Assembly (NCBI GenBank): GCA_009837395.1 | Contig: VXTP01000043.1 | Coordinates: 456,936 to 520,935, forward strand | Origin: Gemmatimonadota bacterium | GTDB lineage: Bacteria; JAAXHH01 | Reading direction: 5' to 3' | Length of the DNA: 64,000 bases | Translations under genes and position numbers: made by a program | Notes under the pieces: generated by a model | What the model was told of the DNA's origin: nothing | Seen by the model: only the letters and a program-made list of their open reading frames with translations | The model's database searches: none | Shown: piece after piece, positions 28,080 through 37,977 of the stretch | Layout: every line of letters starts with the position of its first letter | Numbering within the stretch: position 1 is the stretch's first letter

Positions 28080-29351
28080 TTAACCCTGGCTCGACCCACC
28101 CAGGATATTCTCGAGTTCATTCACGAAGACCTCGAGTTCATCGGGCTTGCCGATGGTCACCCGCAGGTGGTTGCCGAGGAGATTAACCTCTTGGGTGCGG
28201 TATCCGGAACCACTCCGAACCATGACGCCGCGCCTGAACAGTTCACCGGACATCCGGCGGCTGTCCCGCCCGACGTTCACGATCATGTAGTTCCCGTGAC
28301 TCGGCGTGTATTCCAGGCCCAGACGATCGAACTCGGCGGACAGATAGTCCTTGCCGTCGTTCACGACCGTCAGCGTACGGTCGACGAATTCATCATCGTC
28401 AATGGCCGCGAGCGCCGCGTGCATGCCCAGGGTGCTCAGTCCGCCCCCGAAGAATCCCATGTGCGCCATCAGCATATTCATCATGCGCTGGCCGCCGACG
28501 GCGTAACCGATGCGCATGCCGGCCAGGCCGTAGATCTTGGAGAAGGTACGGGCGACCACCACGTTTTCCCGCTCCAGGGCGAGTTTGACGGCATCCTGGT
28601 AGTTCGGGTCGCGAACGAAGTGGATATAGGCTTCGTCGATGAGCACGATGGCCTGTTCGGGCGCCGCATCCACCAGGGACACGAGATCATCGTAGGGCAC
28701 GATCGTTCCGGTGGGATTGTTGGGATTGGTGACGACGATCAGGGACGTTTTCGGGGTGATGGCCGCTTTCATGGCGCCGAGATCGTGTACGAAATCACCC
28801 GTGGTCGGCACGCGGACGACACTGACGTCCTTCCCCATCATCTGAAAACTCTGAAAGCCCCGGGCGACCGATCCATATCCCGGAACCGCCTCGATGCATT
28901 CTCCGCCGTTGCCGGCGGCGATGACGGCGAGCGCCTGAAGAATGGGACCGGAACCCGGCGTGACCATGACCCGGTTCAGTTCACGAAAACGCATGAACGA
29001 CCGCATGTCTTCAAAACTCAGTTCGAAACCCTCTACGCCCGGGACGTCGTGCATCTTGTTGAGGCGGACGGGCAGGTCCACACCGAAATCGTACCGGTTG
29101 ATCTTGTGCAGGTTCTCGGCGATGGCCGCCACAGCGCGAGGGGACGCGCCGAGGGGGTTCTCATTGGAACCGATATTGACCCGGCCCGGCTCGACGCCGT
29201 ATCCGCGGACGTCGCCGGCCTTCTTTCCGGTCGCCATCGCCTGCGCGATGTCCCAGGCTGAACCGGTGGCCACGGCACCGGCACCCAAAAGGGCACCCTT
29301 CATGAACCGCCGCCGCGTAAAGCCGTTCTTCAGTACACTCGCGAAACCCAT
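28080..29351 (-). CDS. Class I/II PLP aminotransferase (HisC-like) carrying a Tat signal peptide
   Basis: 423 aa. N-terminus TRRRFMKGALLGAGAVATGSA fits the S/T-R-R-x-F-L-K Tat motif. PLP-Lys motif TFSKIYGLAGMRIGYA. Last gene of the GMC dehydrogenase operon. Confidence 0.75.
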   Translation of the reverse strand: MGFASVLKNGFTRRRFMKGALLGAGAVATGSAWDIAQAMATGKKAGDVRGYGVEPGRVNIGSNENPLGASPRAVAAIAENLHKINRYDFGVDLPVRLNKMHDVPGVEGFELSFEDMRSFMRFRELNRVMVTPGSGPILQALAVIAAGNGGECIEAVPGYGSVARGFQSFQMMGKDVSVVRVPTTGDFVHDLGAMKAAITPKTSLIVVTNPNNPTGTIVPYDDLVSLVDAAPEQAIVLIDEAYIHFVRDPNYQDAVKLALERENVVVARTFSKIYGLAGMRIGYAVGGQRMMNMLMAHMGFFGGGLSTLGMHAALAAIDDDEFVDRTLTVVNDGKDYLSAEFDRLGLEYTPSHGNYMIVNVGRDSRRMSGELFRRGVMVRSGSGYRTQEVNLLGNHLRVTIGKPDELEVFVNELENILGGSSQG

Positions 29352-29405
29352 GATCTTGCCTCCACAGTTAAAGTGATTTAAACACGTTCTAAAAACCCGA
29401 TCCCG

Positions 29406-31070
29406 CTACCTGATATTGAGCCTTGCCATCTGGGTGACGATGTAATCCGCACAGCGGAAGGCCAGCGCCTGTATCGTCAGCGTCGGGTTGCTCTTGCCGC
29501 TGGTGACGAAGGACGATCCGTCCACGATGAACAGGTTGTCCACGTCGTGAGCCTGGTTGAACTTGTTGACCACCGACGTCGCCGGATCGTTGCCCATGCG
29601 GCAGGTGCCCATGAGATGGGCGTCGCCGCGGGGTACGAAGTTCGGCGAGGCCACGACCCCGTGGGCGCCGGCTGCATCGAGCAGTTCCCGGGCCCGTTCG
29701 CGGAAGAAGTCCCCGAGTTTATGTTCATTGGGATGCACATTGTAGGTCACGCGCGGGACGGGCAGGCCCCACTTGTCGTTGACGTCGGGGTCGAGGTCGA
29801 TCGTATTGGACTCCTGGGACATGGACTGCATGCTGGTGAGGGCGACCATGTACCGGGTGTAGTTGTCCATGATCCACTTCTTGCGCCGGGCGCCCCACCT
29901 GCGCAGACGCGGCATGTTCAGGTTGGCGAAAGAGATGGTCTCGCCGTCCCCCCGCGGTTCGAGCACGCCCCCGCCGAAGAAACCGTACTTGTCCGGGTCC
30001 GGGTCGTAGAAATCCTGTATGATCCGGGTATCCATGACGCCCTTGTACTCGTTCAGGTCCTTCTCGTAGAAACCCCGCGCGGACTGGTAGTAGTTGAACA
30101 TCAGGTGCTTGCCCACCTTGCCGCTGCTGTTGGCCAGGCCGTCCGGGAAGAGATTGGATTTCGACATGAGCAGCAGGCGGGGAGTATGGACGCCGTTGCA
30201 GCATACGATGACCGCGCGGGCTTCCAGCCGGTGCTCGCGCAGGTCCTTGTCCAGGTAGATGACCCCTTCCGCCCTGCCGTCCTCGTCGACCACGATCTCC
30301 CGCACGCAGGCGTCGGCACGGATCTGGCAATTGCCCGTACGCAGCGCCTGCGGAATCATGGTGACCAGCATGCTGGACCGCGCCTGGATGGTACAGACGT
30401 AGCTTTCGCAGAATCCGCAGTTCATGACCGGCGATCTTCCGCCGTATTCCCGGGAGTTGATGGCCAGGGGCGCCGGGTAGGAATGCCAGCCGAGTTTCCC
30501 GGCGGCCAGGTCGGACAGGGCGCCCGAACTGGTCCGCGGCACCGGGGGCATGGGATAGGGCCGGCGGCGCGGCGGATCGAAGGGATTGGCGCCGGCCAGG
30601 CCCGAAATGCCGATCTCGTACTCGGCTTTCTCGTAGTAATGTTCCAGGTCCCAGTAGTCGATGGGCCAGTCCTGCACGTCGGCGCCGTCCAGGTCGCCGA
30701 AGAGGCTTCGCTCTTTGAAATCGTTCTCGTGAAGCCGCCATGAAATGCCGGTGTAGTGGAGCGTGCTGCCGCCGACGGTGCTCTGCATGTGGATCCCGTG
30801 GTCTTCGGTAGCCTGCACGTCCGCCGACTGCCGGTACGTATTGGGCTGGTCGTGGCGGTAGATGTTGGGATGGTCCGGATTGTTGCTGGCGGGATGCATG
30901 GCCTGAAGCTCGTCCTGGTCGAAATGGCGGGTCTTAAGAAAAGATCCCATTTCCATGGCGACCACGCGCAGCCCCTTCGTGCTCAATTCCTTCGCCAGTA
31001 CCGCGCCCGCGGCACCGGTGCCGATGATGATTACGTCCGGCCGTCGTATGTTGGGATTGGGTAGGGACAT
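29406..31070 (-). CDS. GMC-family FAD oxidoreductase (large subunit, no own signal peptide)
   Basis: 554 aa. N-terminal Rossmann GxGxxG (VIIIGTGAAGAVLA) and a C-terminal GMC-oxidoreductase region with active-site His. Confidence 0.85.
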   Translation of the reverse strand: MSLPNPNIRRPDVIIIGTGAAGAVLAKELSTKGLRVVAMEMGSFLKTRHFDQDELQAMHPASNNPDHPNIYRHDQPNTYRQSADVQATEDHGIHMQSTVGGSTLHYTGISWRLHENDFKERSLFGDLDGADVQDWPIDYWDLEHYYEKAEYEIGISGLAGANPFDPPRRRPYPMPPVPRTSSGALSDLAAGKLGWHSYPAPLAINSREYGGRSPVMNCGFCESYVCTIQARSSMLVTMIPQALRTGNCQIRADACVREIVVDEDGRAEGVIYLDKDLREHRLEARAVIVCCNGVHTPRLLLMSKSNLFPDGLANSSGKVGKHLMFNYYQSARGFYEKDLNEYKGVMDTRIIQDFYDPDPDKYGFFGGGVLEPRGDGETISFANLNMPRLRRWGARRKKWIMDNYTRYMVALTSMQSMSQESNTIDLDPDVNDKWGLPVPRVTYNVHPNEHKLGDFFRERARELLDAAGAHGVVASPNFVPRGDAHLMGTCRMGNDPATSVVNKFNQAHDVDNLFIVDGSSFVTSGKSNPTLTIQALAFRCADYIVTQMARLNIR

Positions 31071-31083
31071 GGAGGCTTCGGAG

Positions 31084-31764
31084 TTATTCCTCGCCGATAA
31101 TCCGGCTCTTCATGGGACCGTCGTAGGGTTTCCATTCGGGATATTCGGTTTCCGGAATGGTCATGTCGAATTCGCTGAAGGGGGGATCGTAGCCGAACGG
31201 CGCCCGGCCCGGAAACCGGATCAGCTTCCAGCCGGTCTCGCGGTAGTTGCCCCCGTAGGACGGATCGCTGAACATGCCTTCCATGGTATGGGTAACCACC
31301 ATGCGCAGGAAGTCCCGGGCGCCCATGGGGGCGTCCTCCGGCCAGGTCCCGGGAGACCTCGGTCGGTCCATGCCCATCAGCACCCGACGTTGTGTCCTGG
31401 CGTCCAGTTCCAGGAAAGGCGCTTCGTGCGCATTCAGGCAATACTGATCGAAGGCGGCCAGGCCCGATTCATACGTCTCCCTGTATTCGGCCCGGTGTGC
31501 GCCCAGCGCCCGGTCGATATAGACGACTACCCGGGCTTCCGCCGCGCCCGGACCGTTGTCGTCGGACGGCATGATCATCCGGGTCAGCGCGTCGACGGTA
31601 CGTCCCTGGTGCGCGTCCAGGTGCTGCCACGCGTGTTCGAAGGGCGGCGCTTCCTGGGCGTCCAGCACGCCGGTACGGGACAGCACGCCGAGGGTGATCA
31701 CGCCCCCGGTCGCCTGCGCGGTGCTGGCGATAAACGAACGGCGGGAAAAGCGCTTCTTCGTCAT
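31084..31764 (-). CDS. Gluconate 2-dehydrogenase subunit-3 family protein (Tat signal; hitch-hiker small subunit)
   Basis: Start at MTKKRFSRRSFIAS (Tat motif). C-terminal FSDPSYGGNYRETGWKLIRFPG is characteristic of this family. 14 bp upstream of the GMC gene. Confidence 0.75.
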   Translation of the reverse strand: MTKKRFSRRSFIASTAQATGGVITLGVLSRTGVLDAQEAPPFEHAWQHLDAHQGRTVDALTRMIMPSDDNGPGAAEARVVVYIDRALGAHRAEYRETYESGLAAFDQYCLNAHEAPFLELDARTQRRVLMGMDRPRSPGTWPEDAPMGARDFLRMVVTHTMEGMFSDPSYGGNYRETGWKLIRFPGRAPFGYDPPFSEFDMTIPETEYPEWKPYDGPMKSRIIGEE

Positions 31765-31961
31765 GGTTTCAAGGCTCCGGAATCCGGCGTTTTTCAGGTC
31801 CGTACGCACATCAGGAATGTATACACGATTCAGCCCGGTTTATTCAAACTATCCGCTCCAAAAATACGGATGGACACCGGGTTGACAACAGAATTCGACC
31901 ACGCACAAACTGGCGGGCAAAGAAGTTGACGGCGATACCCGCGAATCTATATTCATTTAGC

Positions 31962-32918
31962 ATGGATATTCTGAAACCGCCGGCATTGAAACCGGGCGAT
32001 ACCATCGGGATCGTCGCACCGGCCAGCCGCTCCGCACTGCCGAGCGCCCTGAAGAACGGCCGCCGGTCGATCGAAGCCCTCGGATTCCGCACGGAGACCG
32101 CCCCGCACCTTTCGGACCGGCACGGATTCCTCGCCGGCAGGGACGCCGACCGCCTGGCCGATCTCCAGGCCATGTTCGCCGACCCGGAAATCAAGGGCAT
32201 CGCATGCCTTCGCGGGGGATACGGGTCCGTCCGCATGCTGCCCGACCTGGATTACGACGTCTTCCGCGCCCATCCGAAGGTCTTTGTCGGCTACAGCGAC
32301 ATCACGGCCCTCCACGGGGCGATTCAACGGCATGCCGGACTGGTCACCTTCTGGGGACCCATGGTCTCTTCCGACATGAGCCCCGTTTTTCAACCGTATA
32401 ATCGGGATGCCTTCGTGAAGGCGGTTGCGGGAACCGATCCCATCGGTGAGATTCCGCACCCCGACGACATGCCGCCGGTGCAGACCATACAGGGCGGCCG
32501 GGCCAGCGGACCGCTGATCGGGGGCACGCTTTCGTTGCTTGCGGCCGCGGTGGGAACGCCCTACGAATTCGATTACGACGGCGCCGTCCTGTTCTTCGAG
32601 GACGTGGGCGAAGAACCCCACCGGATCGACCGGATGCTCACGCAACTGCTGCAGTCGGGCCGGCTTGCCCGCGTCTCCGGCATCGTGATCGGCGAATGCG
32701 CCGGGTGCGGCAGTGCGCCGCACAACCCCGCGTTTCCTTACGGCAGTTTCAGTATAGAGGAAGTGTTCATCGACCGGCTGAAACCACTGGGGATTCCGGT
32801 TGTCTACGGTCTGGGAATCGGCCACGGCACGTACAAGGCGACGCTGCCCCTGGGCGTGCGGGCCACCCTCGACGGTGATGCCTGCACCCTCACGATCGAC
32901 GAGCCGGGCGTCATCTAG
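31962..32918 (+). CDS. LD-carboxypeptidase (S66 peptidase, LdcA-like)
   Basis: MDILKPPALKPGDTIGIVAPAS N-terminus. Ser-nucleophile context GYSDITAL. Conserved GIVIGEC and C-terminal GHG region. Confidence 0.75.
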   Translation: MDILKPPALKPGDTIGIVAPASRSALPSALKNGRRSIEALGFRTETAPHLSDRHGFLAGRDADRLADLQAMFADPEIKGIACLRGGYGSVRMLPDLDYDVFRAHPKVFVGYSDITALHGAIQRHAGLVTFWGPMVSSDMSPVFQPYNRDAFVKAVAGTDPIGEIPHPDDMPPVQTIQGGRASGPLIGGTLSLLAAAVGTPYEFDYDGAVLFFEDVGEEPHRIDRMLTQLLQSGRLARVSGIVIGECAGCGSAPHNPAFPYGSFSIEEVFIDRLKPLGIPVVYGLGIGHGTYKATLPLGVRATLDGDACTLTIDEPGVI

Positions 32919-33003
32919 CCCCCCGACCGGTCCAGGCGTCCAGTAGCCCCCCGACCGGTCCGGACGCCGGGCGAGTACGGGTTTCGCATGAACAGGAACC
33001 TCC

Positions 33004-33945
33004 ATGGGCATTCACATACTGCTGGACGTACCCCTGCCGGACTCGGTAATGGAACTCTTCGATGCCGGAGACCGTTTCCATATGCTCGACGACCTGGCCG
33101 ACGGTGACGAACGGTGGCATCTCATCGACGCCTATCTCACCTATGGCCATCCCCCCACGGACGGGGAAGTGATGGACCGCATGCCGAACCTGAAGGTCAT
33201 CAGCAATTTCGGGGTAGGCGTCGACCATATCGACACGGAAGCGGCCCGCGAGCGCGGGATTCCCGTGGGAAATACGCCCCACATGCTCGACGGCGCAACT
33301 GCGGATATGACCTTTACCCTCCTGATGGCGGCGGCAAGGCGCGTCGTCGTGGGCGACCGGTTCGCCCGGAGCCCCGGGTTCACGCACTATGACCCCAGCA
33401 TCCTTCACGGATTCGAAGTCCATGGGAGCACCATCGGCATCATCGGCATGGGCAGCATCGGGAAGCAGGTCGCCCGCCGGGCGAACGGGTTCGACATGGA
33501 GATCGTCTATCACAACCGGAAGCCGGACCCGGATGACCACCTTTACCGGGCCCGGTATGTCTCGCTGGAGTTGCTGCTCGAGGTCTCGGATTTCGTGACG
33601 CTGAACTGTCCACTCACGGAGGAGACGCGGGAACTGATCGACGAAGCCGCGCTGCGGCGCATGAAAAAGACCGCTATCCTGATCAATCTGGCCCGGGGCG
33701 CCGTCGTGGATCACGACGCCCTCCACATTGCCCTGAGCAACGGCTGGATCGCCGCGGCGGCGTTGGACGTCACCGAACCGGAGCCCCTGCCGCGGGACCA
33801 TCCCCTGCTCAAACTGGAAAACCTGGTGATCGCGCCGCATCTGGGCAGCGCGACCACGCGCACACGCGACGCGATGGCTCGGAGGACGGTCGAGAACCTC
33901 AAGGCGGGACTCGCCGGGCGGCCCCTCGCGAGCTTCGTCGTCTGA
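33004..33945 (+). CDS. D-isomer-specific 2-hydroxyacid dehydrogenase (glyoxylate/hydroxypyruvate reductase-like)
   Basis: 313 aa. NAD-binding GIIGMGSIG. Catalytic His context (PHLGSAT). 2-Hacid_dh family pattern. Confidence 0.8.
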   Translation: MGIHILLDVPLPDSVMELFDAGDRFHMLDDLADGDERWHLIDAYLTYGHPPTDGEVMDRMPNLKVISNFGVGVDHIDTEAARERGIPVGNTPHMLDGATADMTFTLLMAAARRVVVGDRFARSPGFTHYDPSILHGFEVHGSTIGIIGMGSIGKQVARRANGFDMEIVYHNRKPDPDDHLYRARYVSLELLLEVSDFVTLNCPLTEETRELIDEAALRRMKKTAILINLARGAVVDHDALHIALSNGWIAAAALDVTEPEPLPRDHPLLKLENLVIAPHLGSATTRTRDAMARRTVENLKAGLAGRPLASFVV

Positions 33946-33952
33946 GGCCCCA

Positions 33953-35539
33953 TTGTATTCCTTCGCGCCGCTCGAGCGACGGGTCGCCATAATCGATCTG
34001 GGTTCCAACACGGCCCGGCTTATGATCGCCCAGTTCACGCGGGACCGGGTCTTCAAGATCACCGACGAAGTCAGCAGGCGGGTCCGCCTGGGTGAAGGCA
34101 TCGCCGGGGACGGGCGGCTTCGCTCCGCGGCGCGGTCCCGTGCGCTGGACGCCGTCCGCATGTTCAAGTCGTTCTGCGACGCCCAGGGCATAGACCATAT
34201 ACTGCCTGTAGCCACCGCGGCGGTGCGGGACGCCGCGAACGGCGCCCGCTTCCTCGAGGAGATCGCCCGCGGCACCGGGTTGAACTTCCGACTGATCGGC
34301 GGCGAAGAGGAGGCGTTCTACAGCACCGTGGGCGTGATCAACAGCCTGGGTCTCTTCGACGGGATCATCCTGGACGTCGGCGGCGGCAGCGCGGAAATCG
34401 GTCTGATCCGGGACGGCGCGTTCGCGAAGGGGGCGTCCACGCCCTTCGGCACGGTCAGGACCACCGAGACCTACTTCCCTGGTACGGAGGTTACCCCTGG
34501 ACAGACGAAGCGGCTCGACGGGGACATCGACCGGGCGCTGGATGACATCGGCTGGCTCAAGACCGACGGGAAGGTACCGGTCGCCGGCGTAGGAGGCGTC
34601 GTCCGCGCCCTGGTCCGCATCGACCGGATGGAACGCAAGTACCCCCTCGGGCTCGTGCACGGCTACGAACTGAAGCGGCGCCGGCTGGAAAAGCTGATCG
34701 AGCGCATCGCGTCCATGCCCGTTTCCGAGCGGTCGCGGCGGATCCCCGGGTTGCAGAAGGAAAGAGAGGACATCATCCTGGGCGGCGCCATGATCGTGTT
34801 CGGTGTGATGCGGAAGACCGGCGCGCGGATACTGACCGTGAGCGGCCAGGGCCTGCGGGAAGGGCTGTTCTTCGAAGAGGCGTTCAAGCCCGCGTCGAAA
34901 CCGGACAGTATCGGCCGGCTTCGACGGTTCACGGTCCTGAACCTGGCGCGGCTATACGGTTACGAGGGCGCCCACACCGGCCACGTCGCCCGTTTGTCGC
35001 TCTCCATGTACGACCAACTCCAGGAAATGCATGGTTACGGCAAGCGCGAACGGGAGTACCTGTGGGCCGCGGCCCTGTTGCACGACATCGGCACGGTGAT
35101 CGACTACTACGATCATCACAAGCATTCGGCCTATATCATCCTGAACGCCGGCCTGCCCGGATTCGACCACCGGGAAATCGTGATCATCGCCTGGCTATGC
35201 CTCAATCACCGGCGCGGCAAGCCGAACTTCTCCCGGTACCAGAGCCTGTTGAAGAAGGAAGAACGGACCATGGTGTACCGGCTGTCCTCACTGCTCAGAC
35301 TGTCCGAATACCTGGACCGCAGCCGGGCGCAGATCGTCGAGGACGTCAAGCTGGAGACCGGTAGCAGGAAGGTGCGCATGAAGGTCGTTCCACGGGACGG
35401 CCGGGACGTCACCGTCGAATTGTCTGAAGCAAGAAACCGCGTGCAACTATTTGAAGAATGTTTCGGCAGGCGGCTCGCTATCGAGCTGGACCGTACGGGC
35501 GGGAAGGGAGATCCGAGCGGACCGAGCCGGGCGAACTGA
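33953..35539 (+). CDS. Ppx/GppA-family phosphatase fused to a C-terminal HD domain
   Basis: 528 aa. N-terminal actin-like ASKHA motifs (VAIIDLGSNTARL, LDVGGGS). C-terminal HD motif (LLHDIG). 7-bp gap from the upstream gene. Confidence 0.8.
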   Translation: MYSFAPLERRVAIIDLGSNTARLMIAQFTRDRVFKITDEVSRRVRLGEGIAGDGRLRSAARSRALDAVRMFKSFCDAQGIDHILPVATAAVRDAANGARFLEEIARGTGLNFRLIGGEEEAFYSTVGVINSLGLFDGIILDVGGGSAEIGLIRDGAFAKGASTPFGTVRTTETYFPGTEVTPGQTKRLDGDIDRALDDIGWLKTDGKVPVAGVGGVVRALVRIDRMERKYPLGLVHGYELKRRRLEKLIERIASMPVSERSRRIPGLQKEREDIILGGAMIVFGVMRKTGARILTVSGQGLREGLFFEEAFKPASKPDSIGRLRRFTVLNLARLYGYEGAHTGHVARLSLSMYDQLQEMHGYGKREREYLWAAALLHDIGTVIDYYDHHKHSAYIILNAGLPGFDHREIVIIAWLCLNHRRGKPNFSRYQSLLKKEERTMVYRLSSLLRLSEYLDRSRAQIVEDVKLETGSRKVRMKVVPRDGRDVTVELSEARNRVQLFEECFGRRLAIELDRTGGKGDPSGPSRAN

Positions 35540-35578
35540 ACCGGGCGGACCGGCCAAGTTGACCAGGAGATCCACAAG

Positions 35579-36307
35579 ATGAAACTGAGCGGCGGGCAGA
35601 AACGGTTTTTCAGCGACTTCGGTTACCTCGTCCTACCGGGCCTCCTGCGAGAGGAGATTCCCTGGATCATCGAGGAATTCGAACGGGTGTTCCGTGAGGC
35701 CGGGATCGTGCACGACGGTACCGCCCGGTCGAGCCTGGGGCGCTTCATCGAACGCAGTGAACGGCTGTGCACATTACTCGACCACTCCAATGTCGACGGA
35801 TTGCTGTCGGGCCTCCTGGGGGAGGGCTACAACTATCTGGGCAGCGGCGGCGAGCTGTACGTCGGTGACGGCATGTGGCATCCGGACTGTCACGGGGACC
35901 CGGTTGTCCAGGTAAAATGGGCGATGTATCTCGATCCCCTGACCCCTGAGACCGGCGCCCTCAGATTCGTGCCGGGTTCCCACCGGCAGGGATGGCAGGG
36001 CAATCTCGATACCCATGCGCTCTGGGGCATGGGCATGGAAGAAGTACCCTGCGTCGCGCCCCATAACCAGCCCGGCGATGTCGTCGTGTTTAACCAGATG
36101 ACCCTGCACAATGCCCTTGGCGGCGGAAACCGCCGTCGCATGCTGAACATGACGGCCTGTTCGTCCTGTCGTTCGGAGGCCGAACTCGCCTTTCTTCGGC
36201 GCAGGCTCCCGGCCGACCGGGGCGAACTGCGGTGGGACCTGATGCGCAGGACGGCGACGCCGGAGCGGATGCGCCACCTGGAACAGCCATGGCAGATACT
36301 GGCATAA
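35579..36307 (+). CDS. PhyH-family Fe(II)/2-oxoglutarate dioxygenase (paralogue 3)
   Basis: 242 aa. Motifs MWHPDCHGD and distal HN in MTLHNALGG. The 3' end overlaps the IlvD/EDD gene by about 19 nt. Confidence 0.6.
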   Translation: MKLSGGQKRFFSDFGYLVLPGLLREEIPWIIEEFERVFREAGIVHDGTARSSLGRFIERSERLCTLLDHSNVDGLLSGLLGEGYNYLGSGGELYVGDGMWHPDCHGDPVVQVKWAMYLDPLTPETGALRFVPGSHRQGWQGNLDTHALWGMGMEEVPCVAPHNQPGDVVVFNQMTLHNALGGGNRRRMLNMTACSSCRSEAELAFLRRRLPADRGELRWDLMRRTATPERMRHLEQPWQILA

Positions 36308-37977
36308 AGGGAATAGACCGTAACCTGACCCGGTACGGCGATACGGAATTCAGCCGCTATCTGCGGCGGGCGTTCCTGTCTTCCGCGGGCTATGACGGCG
36401 AAGACCTCGACCGCCCGATCATCGGCGTCGCGGACACGTCATCGGATTACAACACGTGTCACCGGGATATGCCGGCACTCGTGGAAGGCGTCCGGCGCGG
36501 GATCACCCAGGCCGGCGGTCTCGCCCTGGCCTTCCCCACCATCTCGCTGGCCGAAACACTGCTTTCGCCCACTTCCATGCTCTTTCGCAACCTGATGGCC
36601 ATGGGCACGGAGGAAATGATCCGGTCGCAGCCGATGGACGGCGTCGTGCTGCTGGGTGGCTGCGACAAGACCGTGCCGGCCCAGTTGATGGCCGCCGCTT
36701 CGGCCGGCCTGCCGGCGATCTCGCTGGTGACCGGCGCCATGCGCACGGGGAGCTGGCAGGGCGAACGTCTCGGCGCCTGCACGGACTGCCGACGGTACTG
36801 GCTTCGGCATCGGGCGGGTGAAATCGACCAGGAAGAAATCGAAGAAATCGAACAGTCCCTGTGCCCCACGGGCGGAACGTGCATGGTCATGGGAACGGCC
36901 TCGACCATGGCCTGCCTCACGGCGACGCTGGGGCTGATGCTGCCCGGCGGCGCCACGCCGCTCTCCGGATCGGGCGACCGGCTTCGGCAGGCGGTGATGA
37001 CGGGCAGGCGTATCGTCGAACTGGCCCGAAGCGGCGCGGTTCCGCACAAGTTCCTTACCCGGGCGTCGTTCCACAACGCGTCGGTCGTACTCGCGGCGCT
37101 GGGCGGGTCCACCAACGCGGTGATCCACCTCATCGCCATTGCCCGCCGCGCCGGCGTCCCCCTTACGCTGGAAGACCTCCACGAGGCGGCGCGGGAAACG
37201 CCCGTGCTGGTGAACTGCAAACCCGTGGGTACGGGATACATGGAGGACTTCCACAAGGCGGGTGGCCTCCCCGTACTGTGGAAGGCCCTGGAATCCAGGC
37301 TGGACCTCGATGCCACGAACGTGAACGGCGCGTCCCTGGGGGATATCCTGCAGGACACGGCCTCGCCGGACGACTGGCAGGATACCATAGGCACTCTTGA
37401 AGCACCCATCGGACCACCCGGCGCCCTGGTCGTCCTGCGTGGCAGTCTCGCGCCCGACGGGGCCTTGATCAAACGGGCCGCTGCCGCGCTGGACCGCCAG
37501 CGCCACCGGGGCCCGGCCGCCGTATTCGAATCCCCCGACGACGTGGCGGCGCGGATCGACGACCCGAAACTGGGGCTGACCCCCGATCACGTGCTCGTCC
37601 TGCGAAACGCCGGTCCCGTGGCCATGGGCATGCCCGAAGCCGGTTCGCTGCCCATTCCGGCTTACCTGGCGAAAGAGGGGGTCATGGACATGGTGCGCGT
37701 CTCCGATGCGCGGATGAGCGGTACGGCCTACGGTACGGTCGTGCTGCACTGTTGCCCCGAGGCCGCGGTTGGCGGCCCTTTGGCGCTCGTCCAGGACGGC
37801 GATCCGATCGAACTCGACGTGGAGGGCCGGCGGCTCGACCTGTGCGTGCCCGCGGAGGAACTGGCCCGCCGGAAGGCCGGACACGTCCCTCCCCCGCCGC
37901 CCGACCGGGGTTGGCGCCGGCTGTACGCCGAACACGTCCTGCCCGCCCACCTGGGGGCCGACCTGGATTTTCTATGA
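36289..37977 (+). CDS. IlvD/EDD-family dehydratase (sugar-acid dehydratase-like)
   Basis: About 562 aa. Cluster-binding Cys motifs CTDCRR and PTGGTCMVMGTASTMA. Conserved C-terminal SGT…ALITDGRFSG-like region (MSGTAYGTVVLHCCPEAAVGGPLA). Start at MADTGIKGIDRN. Confidence 0.8.
   Translation: MADTGIKGIDRNLTRYGDTEFSRYLRRAFLSSAGYDGEDLDRPIIGVADTSSDYNTCHRDMPALVEGVRRGITQAGGLALAFPTISLAETLLSPTSMLFRNLMAMGTEEMIRSQPMDGVVLLGGCDKTVPAQLMAAASAGLPAISLVTGAMRTGSWQGERLGACTDCRRYWLRHRAGEIDQEEIEEIEQSLCPTGGTCMVMGTASTMACLTATLGLMLPGGATPLSGSGDRLRQAVMTGRRIVELARSGAVPHKFLTRASFHNASVVLAALGGSTNAVIHLIAIARRAGVPLTLEDLHEAARETPVLVNCKPVGTGYMEDFHKAGGLPVLWKALESRLDLDATNVNGASLGDILQDTASPDDWQDTIGTLEAPIGPPGALVVLRGSLAPDGALIKRAAAALDRQRHRGPAAVFESPDDVAARIDDPKLGLTPDHVLVLRNAGPVAMGMPEAGSLPIPAYLAKEGVMDMVRVSDARMSGTAYGTVVLHCCPEAAVGGPLALVQDGDPIELDVEGRRLDLCVPAEELARRKAGHVPPPPPDRGWRRLYAEHVLPAHLGADLDFL

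Noticed and set aside
36439-37950. 503-aa minus-strand ORF antisense to the IlvD/EDD dehydratase gene
   Set aside because: Antisense artefact. The plus-strand frame contains the conserved Fe-S Cys motifs and dehydratase signatures.
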